Below are positions 50,413-61,610 of a stretch of DNA of 64,000 bases, piece after piece. The DNA lies in the NCBI GenBank assembly GCA_030603385.1, contig JAUVXW010000002.1:96001-160000 (forward strand), in the 5' to 3' direction. The DNA comes from Promethearchaeota archaeon (GTDB lineage: Archaea > Asgardarchaeota > Lokiarchaeia > Sigyniarchaeales > SOKP01). The translations under genes were made by a program, and so were the position numbers. Each line of letters begins with the position of its first letter. Positions within the stretch are counted from its first letter, which is position 1. The notes below the pieces were generated by a model. It had not been told where the DNA came from and did no database searches. It was given only the letters and a program-made list of their open reading frames with translations.

Positions 50413-51777
50413 ATGATTTTATTCTTACAATTATTTGTAATCTTTTGTTTTGTTATTGTCATCATTGCGCTTTTTCGTGAAAAAACGGATTTCTTAACTT
50501 ATAGTGTTGCAGCTATGCTTGCTGCAGCCACTGCAACATTTATCTTTTCACCAGAGCCTTTTTCTATTGATGAATTTATCCTTTCAATAGATTGGTCAAT
50601 AATTTTTTTCTTAATATCTCTATTTACAATTGTGGTTATTTTAGAAGAACAACTAATTTTTCAAGAGATATCCTTAAGAATAACGAAAAAATTTAGTACA
50701 AACACTCGTCAGTTTTTTTGGGTGATTTGTTTGATTTCCACCTTAAGTGCTGCTTTTATTGAAGATGTCTCTGTAGCTGTTATATTTATTCCCATGATTA
50801 TTAGGACAAGTGAGAAGATGAGAATTAACCCTGCACCAATTCTTCTAGGAATGACTATATGTATCAACCTTGCCTCAACTCTAACCCCTTTTGGCTCTGC
50901 AGAGAATATATTGATAGCAAACAGATTTAACTTATCTACCAGCTGGTTTTTTACAAATTTATTAGTATATTTCATTATTGGTACATTCCTGACACTCTTT
51001 CTTTTAGATCATTTTGTTCTCAGAAAACATTTAAATGAAATTTGGGTTCCACATTGTGAAGAATATGATGAGCCTTTAGAAAGTGAACATTTGGAAGAGC
51101 ATGAGTTGGTAATCTTAGAAGAGTCAATTAATTCTAAGATTTTTTATCGCAATTTAATCGCTTTATTTTTCTTTTTTATATTGTTAATGGTTATTCCAAA
51201 TATTTTATTCGTTGGGCTTTTAGGAATGTTAATATTTGTGTTTATTAATCCGCGTAGGGGAGAAGCAGGTAAAAAGAAACCAGACATTTCCTATTACTTT
51301 ACTAAAGTTGATTTTAAGTTACCATTCTTTTTTATAAGTCTATTTGTTCTTATATTTTGTTTTGAAGAAGTAGGGCTTATTGGTATTATAGCAGATTTTG
51401 TGGTTACCATAGCACCGGACAATCTCTTCTTACTATGTGTAATCGTATTAATTTTAACGTCTGTTCTCTCAGGATTCCTTGATAATATTCCAGTTACGGT
51501 TCTTTTTATACCGATAATAAATGTTTTAATTGACCCATTAGGGCTTGGCTTTTCACAAATTCCCTTGTTGATAGCGTTTATTTTAGGAATTAATTTAGGG
51601 GGGAATTTCCTGCCTCAAGGTAGTGCAGCTGATATGATGACTTTGGAACTTTCTACTAAATATTGTGTTGATGATTTGAATTATAGAAGATTATTAAAGA
51701 TTGGAGGGCTTTTTGCCTTATTACATATTATGTTAGGAATTGGTTATCTTGCCTTAATAATTTTTATCTTCTTTTGA
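50413..51777 (+). CDS. ArsB/NhaD/SLC13-type ion permease
   Basis: LTPFGSAEN, SGFLDNIP, NLGGNFLPQGSAA. Confidence 0.85.
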   Translation: MILFLQLFVIFCFVIVIIALFREKTDFLTYSVAAMLAAATATFIFSPEPFSIDEFILSIDWSIIFFLISLFTIVVILEEQLIFQEISLRITKKFSTNTRQFFWVICLISTLSAAFIEDVSVAVIFIPMIIRTSEKMRINPAPILLGMTICINLASTLTPFGSAENILIANRFNLSTSWFFTNLLVYFIIGTFLTLFLLDHFVLRKHLNEIWVPHCEEYDEPLESEHLEEHELVILEESINSKIFYRNLIALFFFFILLMVIPNILFVGLLGMLIFVFINPRRGEAGKKKPDISYYFTKVDFKLPFFFISLFVLIFCFEEVGLIGIIADFVVTIAPDNLFLLCVIVLILTSVLSGFLDNIPVTVLFIPIINVLIDPLGLGFSQIPLLIAFILGINLGGNFLPQGSAADMMTLELSTKYCVDDLNYRRLLKIGGLFALLHIMLGIGYLALIIFIFF

Positions 51778-51820
51778 AAACTTCTAAATATAGAACAAAA
51801 AATAAGGATCTCATAAAATA

Positions 51821-52369
51821 ATGAGTAAGAAAAAAGCAATAATACTAGATAGAGATGGTACTTTAATTGAAGATCGAAATTATGCCTATAAGATCGAAGA
51901 TTTAGAGATATTATCTGGTGTAATTGAAGGTTTAAAATATCTTCAGAGCGACTTCGTATTTTTTATAGTTACAAATCAATCCGGTATTGGGAGAGGATAT
52001 TATACTGTTGAGGATTTTGAGAAGTTCAACACTCATTTATTAGAAATTCTTGATAAGAATGATATCAAAATACTTAAAACTTACTATTGTCCTCATTTGA
52101 AAGAGGATAAATGCGATTGTAGGAAACCCAAAACAAAATATATTAATGAAATAATTAATGAATTTAATGTTGACATCAAAGAATCATGGATGGTAGGTGA
52201 TCATCCATCTGATATAGGATTTGGGATAAATGGAGAGTGTAGAACAGTTTTCCTCACTACTGGGCATGGTAATAAACATTTAGATGAATTGGAATCTCTC
52301 GGAATAAATCCAACAATAATAAGTGATAATTTTTTGGCTGCAGCGAAAGAAATTATGACATTTCATTAA
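51821..52369 (+). CDS. HAD-IIIA phosphatase (GmhB/HisB-like)
   Basis: LDRDGTL, TNQSGIGRG, CPH..CDCRKP, MVGD. Confidence 0.92.
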   Translation: MSKKKAIILDRDGTLIEDRNYAYKIEDLEILSGVIEGLKYLQSDFVFFIVTNQSGIGRGYYTVEDFEKFNTHLLEILDKNDIKILKTYYCPHLKEDKCDCRKPKTKYINEIINEFNVDIKESWMVGDHPSDIGFGINGECRTVFLTTGHGNKHLDELESLGINPTIISDNFLAAAKEIMTFH

Positions 52370-52489
52370 TCATAAAAAGCAGGTTTTTAGAATTCTCATT
52401 TTTCTTAACACTAATAAACGATCATTATAAAAATCTAAATTTCTTTTAATCATTTATTATATTAGGTATGAATATAATTTGAGATTGTT

Positions 52490-52978
52490 ATGTACTACAG
52501 AAAATTGAATAATGCTGCAATGTGGAAAAAGATTCAAAAATTAAGAGAGTTTATCAAATTGGAGCATAATTTCAAGGAAAGGGTGTGTTGGGAATGTAGT
52601 AAAGATCTCAATATCTATGATTTTCTCAGTGATAATGTTGATTTTACTCCTGAATATATCTTAAAATTATGGCAAACACCTATTTTAGAATTCCATTGCT
52701 GTGAATGCTTTAGAAATCTCAAAATTGATGAGCTCAAAAAAATTGAGCAAGAATTACCTACACGAATTTGTTTGAAGTGTAATGCTCTAATAGATATTTA
52801 TAAATTTAGCAAATTTCATAACTACTTGAAAATCCACGAGTTAAGAAAATTGTGGTTAGATAAAAACTTTAAAATTTTCTGTGATAATCTATGTCAGCGT
52901 AAATACTTTAAAATATATTATGATTTTCTAAAAAAGAGAAAAATGGAAAAACAAGCAGAATTAAATAGGAAGATATAA
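52490..52978 (+). CDS. Hypothetical Cys-rich protein with internal duplication
   Basis: Two units R.CxxC...IY.F...KLW......C..C. Confidence 0.7.
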   Translation: MYYRKLNNAAMWKKIQKLREFIKLEHNFKERVCWECSKDLNIYDFLSDNVDFTPEYILKLWQTPILEFHCCECFRNLKIDELKKIEQELPTRICLKCNALIDIYKFSKFHNYLKIHELRKLWLDKNFKIFCDNLCQRKYFKIYYDFLKKRKMEKQAELNRKI

Positions 52979-52980
52979 AT

Positions 52981-54468
52981 TCATGATTGGCGCTTCTCTT
53001 CATAATCCTTACGTTTTTGTTCATGCATTATAAGCAATTCTTTTTTCATCTCTTCTACTACTTTTCCTGTTAATGGATAAAATTTCACCCAAACAAGCAA
53101 ACCGATTAAACATGCTATTCCTGGTACAAGGGTCATACTTATATTAACTCCTAAAGAAGCCAAGAACATCCCCTTCGTAGCATCTAATCCATCTACAGCA
53201 TCCACATAAATTAACCCAAATATAGTCATCAATGCGGTTGGGATTGCTAAAGCTACACTTATCATAGGTTTACTTAGCAGTGGACCCACACCCGCATAGA
53301 GTCCTTCTCTCCTCTCTCCTGAGATTTTCCAATAATCAAAATCTATTGTATCTGCTCTCATTGGATTATGCAGAATAAAATCTCCCGCAAAACCAGACAT
53401 AAAAATTGAAAACCCTATCGAAACAAGAATCCAATTTTTTGATAGTCCCGCAAAAAAGCTAAAAAAACTCCCTACAGTTAACATCACGAGATAATATGTT
53501 ATGGAGGCTTTTGTTGAGATTTTTGCTGCAATTCTCAGAATAAGTGGTACTGAAATAAGTAAGCAGAGTATTGGTCCTATCCAAAATAAGATAATATTAA
53601 TTCCTTCCATTTGATCAAGAACCCAAGTTAAGTAGAAAGGTAAACTCACCATTACTATATTGATTAGAAATACTGAAACTCCGTCATAAATTATATAAAC
53701 TCTAAAAGAGGGATTTTTGAACGCAAGTTTTATTGATTTTAATAATGGGGTTTTTTCATCAGGTATATGTTCACTATGCTCACGAACGTATTTTGATAAG
53801 ATTAAATACGGAAATACCCCAAAAATAGCGATAATTACTACAAGCCATTGAAATTGAGTAATCGTTTCTCTAGTTGGATTTGCTAAAAATATAACAGGGA
53901 CAATAAATCCTATTATAATTGCAGGTAAGGTAAAAATAGTGCCTACCAATTGTATTTTTTCTCGTTCTCGTTGATTTAAGGTCATTTGGGGTAGTAAAGC
54001 AACGTGAGCAATTAGAACAAGTGTAAATAGCGTATCATAAGCAATTTGGGTAATGAGATACCAGGTAAAAAGCCAAATTTGAACTGTAAGATCTGATGTT
54101 TGGCCTCTCCAAGCATCTGGGGGAAAAAAAACCAGAGCAAAACATAAACTAAAAATTGGAGCCCCAAATTTAATAAAAGGAATATATCTTTGAAGTTCTC
54201 CTCTCTTCTTGTTATAATATCGAGTATTACCAATTATATTTCCAAAAATTGGATCATTTACTACATTCCAAACGGCATATACAATCAGGGCAATAAATAT
54301 CCATATATTTAATAATCCCATCCATGCAAAATAAAAAGATTGGATTACACCCATGACTCCACCGTAGAAAGTACCTGGCATTTGAGCAAAGCCATAGGAT
54401 AATTTTTCCTTTAAAGGTACTATCTCGGAAGCTCCATTTTCTAACAATTCTGTACTTTTATGAGTCAA
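52981..54468 (-). CDS. MFS/GPH-family transporter
   Basis: WNVVNDPIFG, GERREGLY. Confidence 0.88.
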   Translation of the reverse strand: MTHKSTELLENGASEIVPLKEKLSYGFAQMPGTFYGGVMGVIQSFYFAWMGLLNIWIFIALIVYAVWNVVNDPIFGNIIGNTRYYNKKRGELQRYIPFIKFGAPIFSLCFALVFFPPDAWRGQTSDLTVQIWLFTWYLITQIAYDTLFTLVLIAHVALLPQMTLNQREREKIQLVGTIFTLPAIIIGFIVPVIFLANPTRETITQFQWLVVIIAIFGVFPYLILSKYVREHSEHIPDEKTPLLKSIKLAFKNPSFRVYIIYDGVSVFLINIVMVSLPFYLTWVLDQMEGINIILFWIGPILCLLISVPLILRIAAKISTKASITYYLVMLTVGSFFSFFAGLSKNWILVSIGFSIFMSGFAGDFILHNPMRADTIDFDYWKISGERREGLYAGVGPLLSKPMISVALAIPTALMTIFGLIYVDAVDGLDATKGMFLASLGVNISMTLVPGIACLIGLLVWVKFYPLTGKVVEEMKKELLIMHEQKRKDYEEKRQS

Positions 54469-54610
54469 AATAATTACACTTGTCTAAGCAAAATTTAAAG
54501 TATAATTTCGGAAAATTATTGACGATTTTTCAATATTTTGAAAATGTTGTAAATAAAAAGTAAAAAAATGAAATATATTTAAATTCTAATTTTTACCCAG
54601 ATTTAAGATA

Positions 54611-55789
54611 TTAGCTCCTTTTCTTCCCTAAGTAAGGCATTGCATGTTCATATCTTTTCATAACAAACCTTGAAATAACAATTCTTTGAATTTCACTTGT
54701 TCCCTCGTATATTTGGTATAACTTAGCATCCCTAAATAGTTTTTCAACAGGAAATGTTCTCAAGTAGCCATAACCTCCAAAGATTTGAACTGCTTCAGTT
54801 GTTACATTCATAGCAACATCTGACGCAAAAGCTTTGGCAATAGCTGAACTCAAATTATTATCTATACCTTGATCAGCCTCCCAAGCTGCTTTATATGTTA
54901 AAAGTCGTGCGGCTTCAATATCTTTATACATATTTGCTATTTTTTCTTGAATAACTTGGTAATTTCCGATTGGTCTTCCAAAAGTTTCTCTCTTCTGGGC
55001 ATAATCTATAGAATATTCCATAGCAGAACGAGCACAACCAATAGCAAAGGCACCTATCGCCGGACGAGTATGAGCAAATGTTTGCATACCTAGAATGAAA
55101 CCTCTTCCAGGTCTAGCAAGTATGTTTTCCTTAGGGATCCTTACATTTTTTAGACCCACTGATACAGTGTTAGATGATCTTTGACCTAGTTTAGGAATGT
55201 GTTTGCCTAATTTTACTCCTTCGCTTTTAGTATCCACTATAAAAGTTGCAATTCCTTTATGTTTCTTCTCAGGATCTACTGTTGCAAATACAGTAATGTA
55301 ATCAGCAAAACCCCCATTAGTGATCCAAAATTTATTCCCATTTAAAATGAACTCATCTCCATCTTTTTCTGCTAAACATTTCATTCCAGCTACATCAGAA
55401 CCCATTGTTGGTTCAGATGTTGCAAATGCAATTAACTTAAACTCATTAACTAGTTCAGTCAGAATCCTTTGCTTCTGTTCTTCATTACCCCCAATAATTA
55501 TCGGTTCTGCACCAAGACTGTTATCAAACACAGATGTCGCAATACCAGGACAAGCAGATGAGATTTCTTCAACTACAATACAAGAGTCTACTAAACTGAA
55601 ACCTGGACCACCATACTCTTTAGGGATTCCTAAATTCAATAATCCTTCCTCCCAAGCTTTTTTAATAACAGGAAGGGGGAATTCTTCAGATTCATCATAT
55701 TTTCTCGCAACTGGTAAAACTTCGCGAATTGCAAACTCTCTCGCCTTCTTTTGTAAAGCTTTTTGTTCTTCTGAAAGTATAAAATCCAT
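54611..55789 (-). CDS. Acyl-CoA dehydrogenase
   Basis: SEPTMGSD, LNGNKFWITNG, QIFGGYG, IYEGTSEIQR. Confidence 0.95.
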   Translation of the reverse strand: MDFILSEEQKALQKKAREFAIREVLPVARKYDESEEFPLPVIKKAWEEGLLNLGIPKEYGGPGFSLVDSCIVVEEISSACPGIATSVFDNSLGAEPIIIGGNEEQKQRILTELVNEFKLIAFATSEPTMGSDVAGMKCLAEKDGDEFILNGNKFWITNGGFADYITVFATVDPEKKHKGIATFIVDTKSEGVKLGKHIPKLGQRSSNTVSVGLKNVRIPKENILARPGRGFILGMQTFAHTRPAIGAFAIGCARSAMEYSIDYAQKRETFGRPIGNYQVIQEKIANMYKDIEAARLLTYKAAWEADQGIDNNLSSAIAKAFASDVAMNVTTEAVQIFGGYGYLRTFPVEKLFRDAKLYQIYEGTSEIQRIVISRFVMKRYEHAMPYLGKKRS

Positions 55790-56013
55790 TTTCTTAATCT
55801 CCGTTTAACCTATTTTTTCAATTAACTTATTCTACTATATCTTTAAAGTTATTTTTTAATATTAATACAAATCAAGTTAAAAACTTATATTCTATCGATT
55901 ATAAAATTTTTGTGAGAATATAAGATTCATTGAAAATTAGGAAAAAATGAATAATTTTACTAGAATAATTATACACCAAAGCAAAAAAAAAATTAAGGAA
56001 TGATAAGTTATTA

Positions 56014-56151
56014 TTATTCAATTTTTTCGAACATATCTTTTCCTACGCCACATACTGGACAAGTATAATCGTCAGGTAAATCTTCAAACTTAGTCCCTTC
56101 GGCTTCTTCATCATAAATATATCCACATGCGGTGCATTCCCATTTTCCCAT
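56014..56151 (-). CDS. Rubredoxin
   Basis: Manual translation [45 protein letters not shown] (45 aa). Confidence 0.93.
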   Translation of the reverse strand: MGKWECTACGYIYDEEAEGTKFEDLPDDYTCPVCGVGKDMFEKIE

Positions 56152-56317
56152 ATTCAACACTTATTTTTATTTTTAAATTGAGTTATTTGATTTTATGGAT
56201 TGAAATTGAATGTATATTAAAAATATTAATTTAATATTTTATAAATTGTACTAAAAAGAGATTCAATTTAATTTACTAATAATTGAAAAAAAAAGGAATG
56301 ATTAGTTAGTCAATATT

Positions 56318-57700
56318 TCATAAATTAAGTTCTATAATTCTGTCTTGATTTAGCTTTACTTTATCTGGCGTTAGATCATAAAATTTCCAAAAGATTATCG
56401 AAGCTATGAGCATAAGTACTGCTGGAATTAAGGCAAAATGAATGTGTATGCCCCATATTGCTGATCCTGGTTGAATTACACTTCCTTCCACAAATCCAGT
56501 GATTGTATGTACTGATGCGAAACTAATGGCTTGTACTAATATGGCTAATCGTCCAAAGAATTGTAAAAATCCATTGAAAATGCCTTCTTGACGTTTCTGG
56601 TTATTAACTACTGACTCATTTATAACATCCCCGAAAACTGGTGCTAACATCGTCCAAAAACCCCCAAGACCAAAACCCCAGAAAATCATTACAATTAATG
56701 CCATAACAACACTATTAAGGAATATAAAGGGGATTGTGAATATAGTCAACAGAAAGCTGTTTATTAGCATGACTTTCTTATTATTATTAGTCTTTTGGGC
56801 GATATATGCCCATAGTGGCGAGGAAATTAACGCTCCTACAAGAAAGCCTGCAGATAGTAACGTTTGAACCTCTTCCTCTAGTATAAACTCAACAAAAAAT
56901 GGGATCGATGCCTGGAAAGATATTACAAGTGATCTATAAAGTGTATATGTAATTATGAAGAACAAGAATGATTTTTGCTTTAGCGTAAGTTTTAGTGTCT
57001 TAAAGAAGGATTCCCTATCTTTAATATCATGTTTTTCAAGATAGCGATCAATTGTAACTTGATCCTCTCTGCTACCGGGGATAGATAGCATTAACATAAC
57101 TATTCCTATAATTACTACGAACCCTGCGTTTATTACAAACGTCCGAGGTGTGTTATAATCTATTATCATAGGTGGCAATAATGCACCTAGAGCTACTCCA
57201 ACTATTCCAATTGGAGTTTGTATTCCTGTTGCTTTCCTCCGCTCATCTACAGAGCGAAATTTATCAGGAAAAAGAGAGGCAAAATTGACGAAAAATATTG
57301 AATTAAAGGTATCAAAGATGCAAGTAGAGGCTATGAACCATAGGAAAAAAATCCAAGCTCCTGAATGAGGATCTACGTCTGGAGGTGTAAATATTAGAAT
57401 ATAACTCAAAATATATGCGATACCGCCAATCATTATCCATGGAAATCGTCTTCCCCATTTTTTAGTAAATTTAAAAGGACGATTGGTTAGGAACCCAATT
57501 AATGGGTCGTTAACGGCATTCCATATTGCATAGATTACAACTGCTAATCCGATGATTAATGAATCAACACCGATGGTTCTCACATAAAAAGAATATAGCC
57601 ATACAGTAAATGCCATCTCCATAAATTCTGTCAAGAATTTACCAAATCCATACGAAGCCATGTTCAGTTTCGAATGCTCAATTACCATTTCTTCTCCCAT
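56318..57700 (-). CDS. MFS/GPH-family transporter
   Basis: WNAVNDPLIG, WGRRFPW, RQEGIF. Confidence 0.9.
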   Translation of the reverse strand: MGEEMVIEHSKLNMASYGFGKFLTEFMEMAFTVWLYSFYVRTIGVDSLIIGLAVVIYAIWNAVNDPLIGFLTNRPFKFTKKWGRRFPWIMIGGIAYILSYILIFTPPDVDPHSGAWIFFLWFIASTCIFDTFNSIFFVNFASLFPDKFRSVDERRKATGIQTPIGIVGVALGALLPPMIIDYNTPRTFVINAGFVVIIGIVMLMLSIPGSREDQVTIDRYLEKHDIKDRESFFKTLKLTLKQKSFLFFIITYTLYRSLVISFQASIPFFVEFILEEEVQTLLSAGFLVGALISSPLWAYIAQKTNNNKKVMLINSFLLTIFTIPFIFLNSVVMALIVMIFWGFGLGGFWTMLAPVFGDVINESVVNNQKRQEGIFNGFLQFFGRLAILVQAISFASVHTITGFVEGSVIQPGSAIWGIHIHFALIPAVLMLIASIIFWKFYDLTPDKVKLNQDRIIELNL

Positions 57701-57800
57701 ATAGAATCACGATTATTTGATATTTAATTAATTGAATTAACTAGGATTTAGATATTTCCGTTTTTATAGATAATGGGTTTTTTTTAAAGAAAAATCAAGT

Positions 57801-57956
57801 TCAATTCTTTTGAGGAATTTCCTTCTCAACAAAAATTTTTTTTGAAGAACGGCATTTGGGACATTTCCATTCATCTCCAACTTCTTCGAATGGTATCTTC
57901 TGTTCTTCATCAACATACAGATAATTACATCTTTTACATCTATGAATTGTCACCAC
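57801..57956 (-). CDS. Rubredoxin-like protein
   Basis: CKRCNYLY...F..VGDEWKCPKC; GTG start after GGAG. Confidence 0.8.
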   Translation of the reverse strand: MVTIHRCKRCNYLYVDEEQKIPFEEVGDEWKCPKCRSSKKIFVEKEIPQKN

Positions 57957-57981
57957 AAAATCTCCATGGTCTTTTATTCTT

Positions 57982-59328
57982 TCACTCTTTTTTTTTAAAA
58001 TCCTCTTTAGGAGCATTACAACCAGGACATTTAAAATTCTCTGGAAGATCTCTAAAAAGAGTCGTCATTACGGCTTCATCATATCTTTTCCCACAGTTTT
58101 TACAGATGTAGATATACAATCTTAATAGCTCCCTAAGCTCATCTTTATCTACATTCTTATCCAACTTATTATATACGAATGAAACTGCATCAGTATCTCC
58201 AAATAATATAGCTCCTTTGAGTTTACCATCTTTTAAGACTAATTTTTGATAACAACAGTCTTTTTTATCTGCCTTCTTTAAGATTTGCCAACCACCACCT
58301 TGCTCCTTAGGTGTATCTATAATTCCTACTGAGGTCAATTCTAAACCTACAATTTTAAGCGTATTTTTAGGTGTTGTACCTTGGTATTCTACATTCTGCA
58401 ATCCAAGAACAGATGCAGCTGCAATCTTCGATTGCTCCATACATGCCGGTATGATACCCCATATCTGATTATTATATTCGATGCAGTCTCCTACGGCGAA
58501 TATATCTTTTTCACTTGTTTGTAAATATTCATTTACTAGTATACCTCTATTTGTTCTAAGATTTGCATCGTGTGCTATTTTTATTGTTGGTCTAATACCT
58601 GCTTGAATTAATACGACATCAGCAAATAATTCTTTTCCTCCTTTAAGTATAATACTTTTTACTGATCCATTGCCTATAATCTCTTCTGTAGCTGCATCTA
58701 ATACAACTTCAATCCCTTTACTTTCAATTTCTTCTTTTAACATTTCTCCACATTCTAGGTCTAATTGCCTTGGTAATAAACGTGGAAAAAATTCAACTAC
58801 TGTTGTATCCAAACCACTATTTTTTATCTGGTTTGCTAGCTCTAAACCCAGTAATCCACCCCCAATAACAATTGCTTTCTTAATATTCTTATTGTGAATG
58901 AAATTTTTTACTTCTAAAGCATCATCAATACTACGTAATGTGAATACGCCTTTTTTTTCATCTTTCAATTTTACAGCGTTTTTAATAGGAGGAATATTAG
59001 GTGTGCTTCCTAATGCCAAAACAAGCTTATCATAGGAAATTAGATGGTCCTTACCATCAAGTTCTAATGTCTTATTTTTTGGATTTATTTTTTTTATTCG
59101 TGAATTTAGATTTAATTTAATTTGCTTGTTTTCATACCAATCTTGTTTAAATACAATTAAATCATCAACTTTAACTTTTTCAGAGATAAGTTCAGGTAAA
59201 TTGACTCTTGTATAATAGGGATACTTTTCTTGTGTATATATTTCGATTTCTACCTCTTCATTTAGAAGTCTTATATTTTGGGCAGTAAAAGTACCAGAGA
59301 CATTATTTCCAATGATCACAACCTTCAT
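57982..59328 (-). CDS. NAD(P)H:rubredoxin oxidoreductase-like flavoprotein with C-terminal rubredoxin
   Basis: IGGGLLGLE, AVGDC, C-terminal CKNCG..CPGC. Confidence 0.88.
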   Translation of the reverse strand: MKVVIIGNNVSGTFTAQNIRLLNEEVEIEIYTQEKYPYYTRVNLPELISEKVKVDDLIVFKQDWYENKQIKLNLNSRIKKINPKNKTLELDGKDHLISYDKLVLALGSTPNIPPIKNAVKLKDEKKGVFTLRSIDDALEVKNFIHNKNIKKAIVIGGGLLGLELANQIKNSGLDTTVVEFFPRLLPRQLDLECGEMLKEEIESKGIEVVLDAATEEIIGNGSVKSIILKGGKELFADVVLIQAGIRPTIKIAHDANLRTNRGILVNEYLQTSEKDIFAVGDCIEYNNQIWGIIPACMEQSKIAAASVLGLQNVEYQGTTPKNTLKIVGLELTSVGIIDTPKEQGGGWQILKKADKKDCCYQKLVLKDGKLKGAILFGDTDAVSFVYNKLDKNVDKDELRELLRLYIYICKNCGKRYDEAVMTTLFRDLPENFKCPGCNAPKEDFKKKE

Positions 59329-59453
59329 AGAATTATAAGTTTATTCATCTTATTTTAAGGTTTTTATTATGGTTTCTAAATTTTTTGCAGAATTACCATA
59401 AAAAGAACATGTTCGAAATTAAAGATATAAAGCCATTTCTATTTGATTTAACT

Positions 59454-60239
59454 ATGACTGAAGTAGAACAGTTAAAAAAAACTAATAGAAAAATCATCAA
59501 AATTGATGAAGACTTATGTACGGGCTGTGGTAACTGTGTCGTAGCATGTGCTGAAGCTGCATTAGAAGTGATAGATGGAAAGGCAAGGGTAGTCAATGAT
59601 ATTTTTTGCGATGGTTTAGGTGCTTGTATAGGAGAATGCCCCGAAGGCGCACTAGAAATAATCGAAAGAGAAGCTTTAGAATTTGATGAAGAAGAAGTTG
59701 AAAAACGGTTGGAATCATTAAATCATAAAGAATCCATAGAAACAGAACAAGTGAGACAAATTGTTGCTGATCATGCCCAGCAATGTGGTTGTCCTTCAGC
59801 CCAAACTATGGTTTTTGATGAGCCTGAGGTGCAAACAGAATTAGTGGGAAAGATTCCTTCAGCTCTACGACAGTGGCCTGTTCAAATGCATTTAATCAAT
59901 CCTGGAGCACCATATTATCAAGGTGCAGATGTATTACTTTCAGCTGATTGCGTTGGTTTTTCCTATGGCGATTTTCATAGAGATTTCTTAAAGCAAAAAT
60001 CGATTGCGATTGCTTGTCCTAAGCTTGATCAAGGTAAAGAAATTTACATTGAAAAGATTAAATCTTTGATTGACGATGCTAAAATAAACACTCTTACAGT
60101 TGCTATTATGGATGTCCCTTGTTGCTCAGGGCTATTAGGTTTAGCTCAAGAAGGTGCTAAACGAGCAAACCGTAAAGTACCTATTAAGTATATAGTTGTA
60201 GGGATACAAGGAAATATCTTAAAAGAAGAATGGTTATAA
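59454..60239 (+). CDS. 4Fe-4S dicluster protein with Cys-rich C-terminal domain
   Basis: CTGCGNCVVAC, CDGLGACIGECP, QWPVQ, ACPKLD, VPCC. Confidence 0.88.
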   Translation: MTEVEQLKKTNRKIIKIDEDLCTGCGNCVVACAEAALEVIDGKARVVNDIFCDGLGACIGECPEGALEIIEREALEFDEEEVEKRLESLNHKESIETEQVRQIVADHAQQCGCPSAQTMVFDEPEVQTELVGKIPSALRQWPVQMHLINPGAPYYQGADVLLSADCVGFSYGDFHRDFLKQKSIAIACPKLDQGKEIYIEKIKSLIDDAKINTLTVAIMDVPCCSGLLGLAQEGAKRANRKVPIKYIVVGIQGNILKEEWL

Positions 60240-60257
60240 TTTTTTTTATTATTTTTA

Positions 60258-60911
60258 TTATTTTTCGAGCAATACTTTTTTCTTAATGATTTTTCTAAGC
60301 ATTACTGACAAAGCTGATTTAGATTTCCCCATTTGATTAGCCAATTCTTCTAATGAAATTTTTCGTGGAATTTCGAAAAAACCTAAAGAAATTGCTTTGT
60401 CAAGTATATTCAATTCATCCAAGGTTAACTTATTTTTATCATCTTTTATATTATATGGAGAATTTCCAATTCTCAATAATTCAAAATTAATATTTTTTTG
60501 TTCAAAGAGAGTTAATAATTGATCTATACGTTCTCTACTTGATATTAATCTCCAAAAAGCAAATCCATCCTCTACCCTTATAGGGAAGTCAACAAGGACG
60601 CCACACTTAATTATAGCATATAATAGATAAGGATCTTTTGTCTTTACATTAAATTTAACTCTATTTTCCTCCCTTTCCAAAACACCTAGCTCTATAACAG
60701 AAGGATGAATCTTAATATCTTCTATAATTGAATCTATCTTGTAATGCATTATCTCAATTGCAGAATTTCCAATAGATTTCTCAAGATCATATGGAAGAAA
60801 ATGTAAAATTTCCATTTTAATATCAGGGTAATTTTTAAATACTTCCGAGATCCATATCTGTTCTGGAAACTTAATCTTTACTCTTGCTAAACTTGGTTTG
60901 CTTGAATCCAT
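60258..60911 (-). CDS. HTH_10 (bacterio-opsin activator-type) regulator
   Basis: AISLGFFEIPRKISLEELA. Confidence 0.88.
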   Translation of the reverse strand: MDSSKPSLARVKIKFPEQIWISEVFKNYPDIKMEILHFLPYDLEKSIGNSAIEIMHYKIDSIIEDIKIHPSVIELGVLEREENRVKFNVKTKDPYLLYAIIKCGVLVDFPIRVEDGFAFWRLISSRERIDQLLTLFEQKNINFELLRIGNSPYNIKDDKNKLTLDELNILDKAISLGFFEIPRKISLEELANQMGKSKSALSVMLRKIIKKKVLLEK

Positions 60912-60996
60912 CTTTAAATATAAATGTTTTAGATCTTAAAACTTTTTTTTATACGTAATGATTAATTATTAATAAAAACAAGTAAAATGCAATATT

Positions 60997-61602
60997 ATGA
61001 TAGAAAGGAAGAATCTGTTACTTGGAATATGTGGAAGTCCAAGAAGACAAGGGACAGAATACGCCATTAAATACGCTTTAAATTATGCTACTGAAAAATT
61101 TGGATTTGAAACAGAATATTGGACTGTAAGAAATAAAGAAATTAACTTCTGTCTTCATTGTGATTATTGTGTTCGAGAGAAGAAAGGATGTGTAAATAAA
61201 GATGATATGGAAAACCTTTATCCTAAATTGGAACAGGCAAAATTCTTTCTTTTTGGGACTCCAGTATTTCAAGGGAGCTTATCAGGACAACTAAAAACGG
61301 TCTTAGATCGTAATCGTGCCTTGGTTGCGAAGAATGCTAATATATTCAAAGATAAGATTGGAGCTGCGTTAGCAGTAGGGGGTGATAGATCTGGTGGTCA
61401 AGAAATTGCTATTCGGAGTATTTTAGATTTTTTTCAACAGAATCATATACATCCTGTTTCTGGGGGTGCCTTTGGAGCAAATTTAGGAGCAAGTTTGTGG
61501 TCTAGAGATTTAGGAAAGGATGGCGTTGAAAAAGATGTAGAAGGATTAAAAACAATCAGAAAAGTTATAAAAAGATTAGCTGAACTAAAAAAAAATATAT
61601 AG
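60997..61602 (+). CDS. Iron-sulfur flavoprotein (Isf-like flavodoxin)
   Basis: GSPR, CLHCDYC..GC, GGDRSGGQE. Confidence 0.9.
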   Translation: MIERKNLLLGICGSPRRQGTEYAIKYALNYATEKFGFETEYWTVRNKEINFCLHCDYCVREKKGCVNKDDMENLYPKLEQAKFFLFGTPVFQGSLSGQLKTVLDRNRALVAKNANIFKDKIGAALAVGGDRSGGQEIAIRSILDFFQQNHIHPVSGGAFGANLGASLWSRDLGKDGVEKDVEGLKTIRKVIKRLAELKKNI

Positions 61603-61610
61603 AAAAAAAA

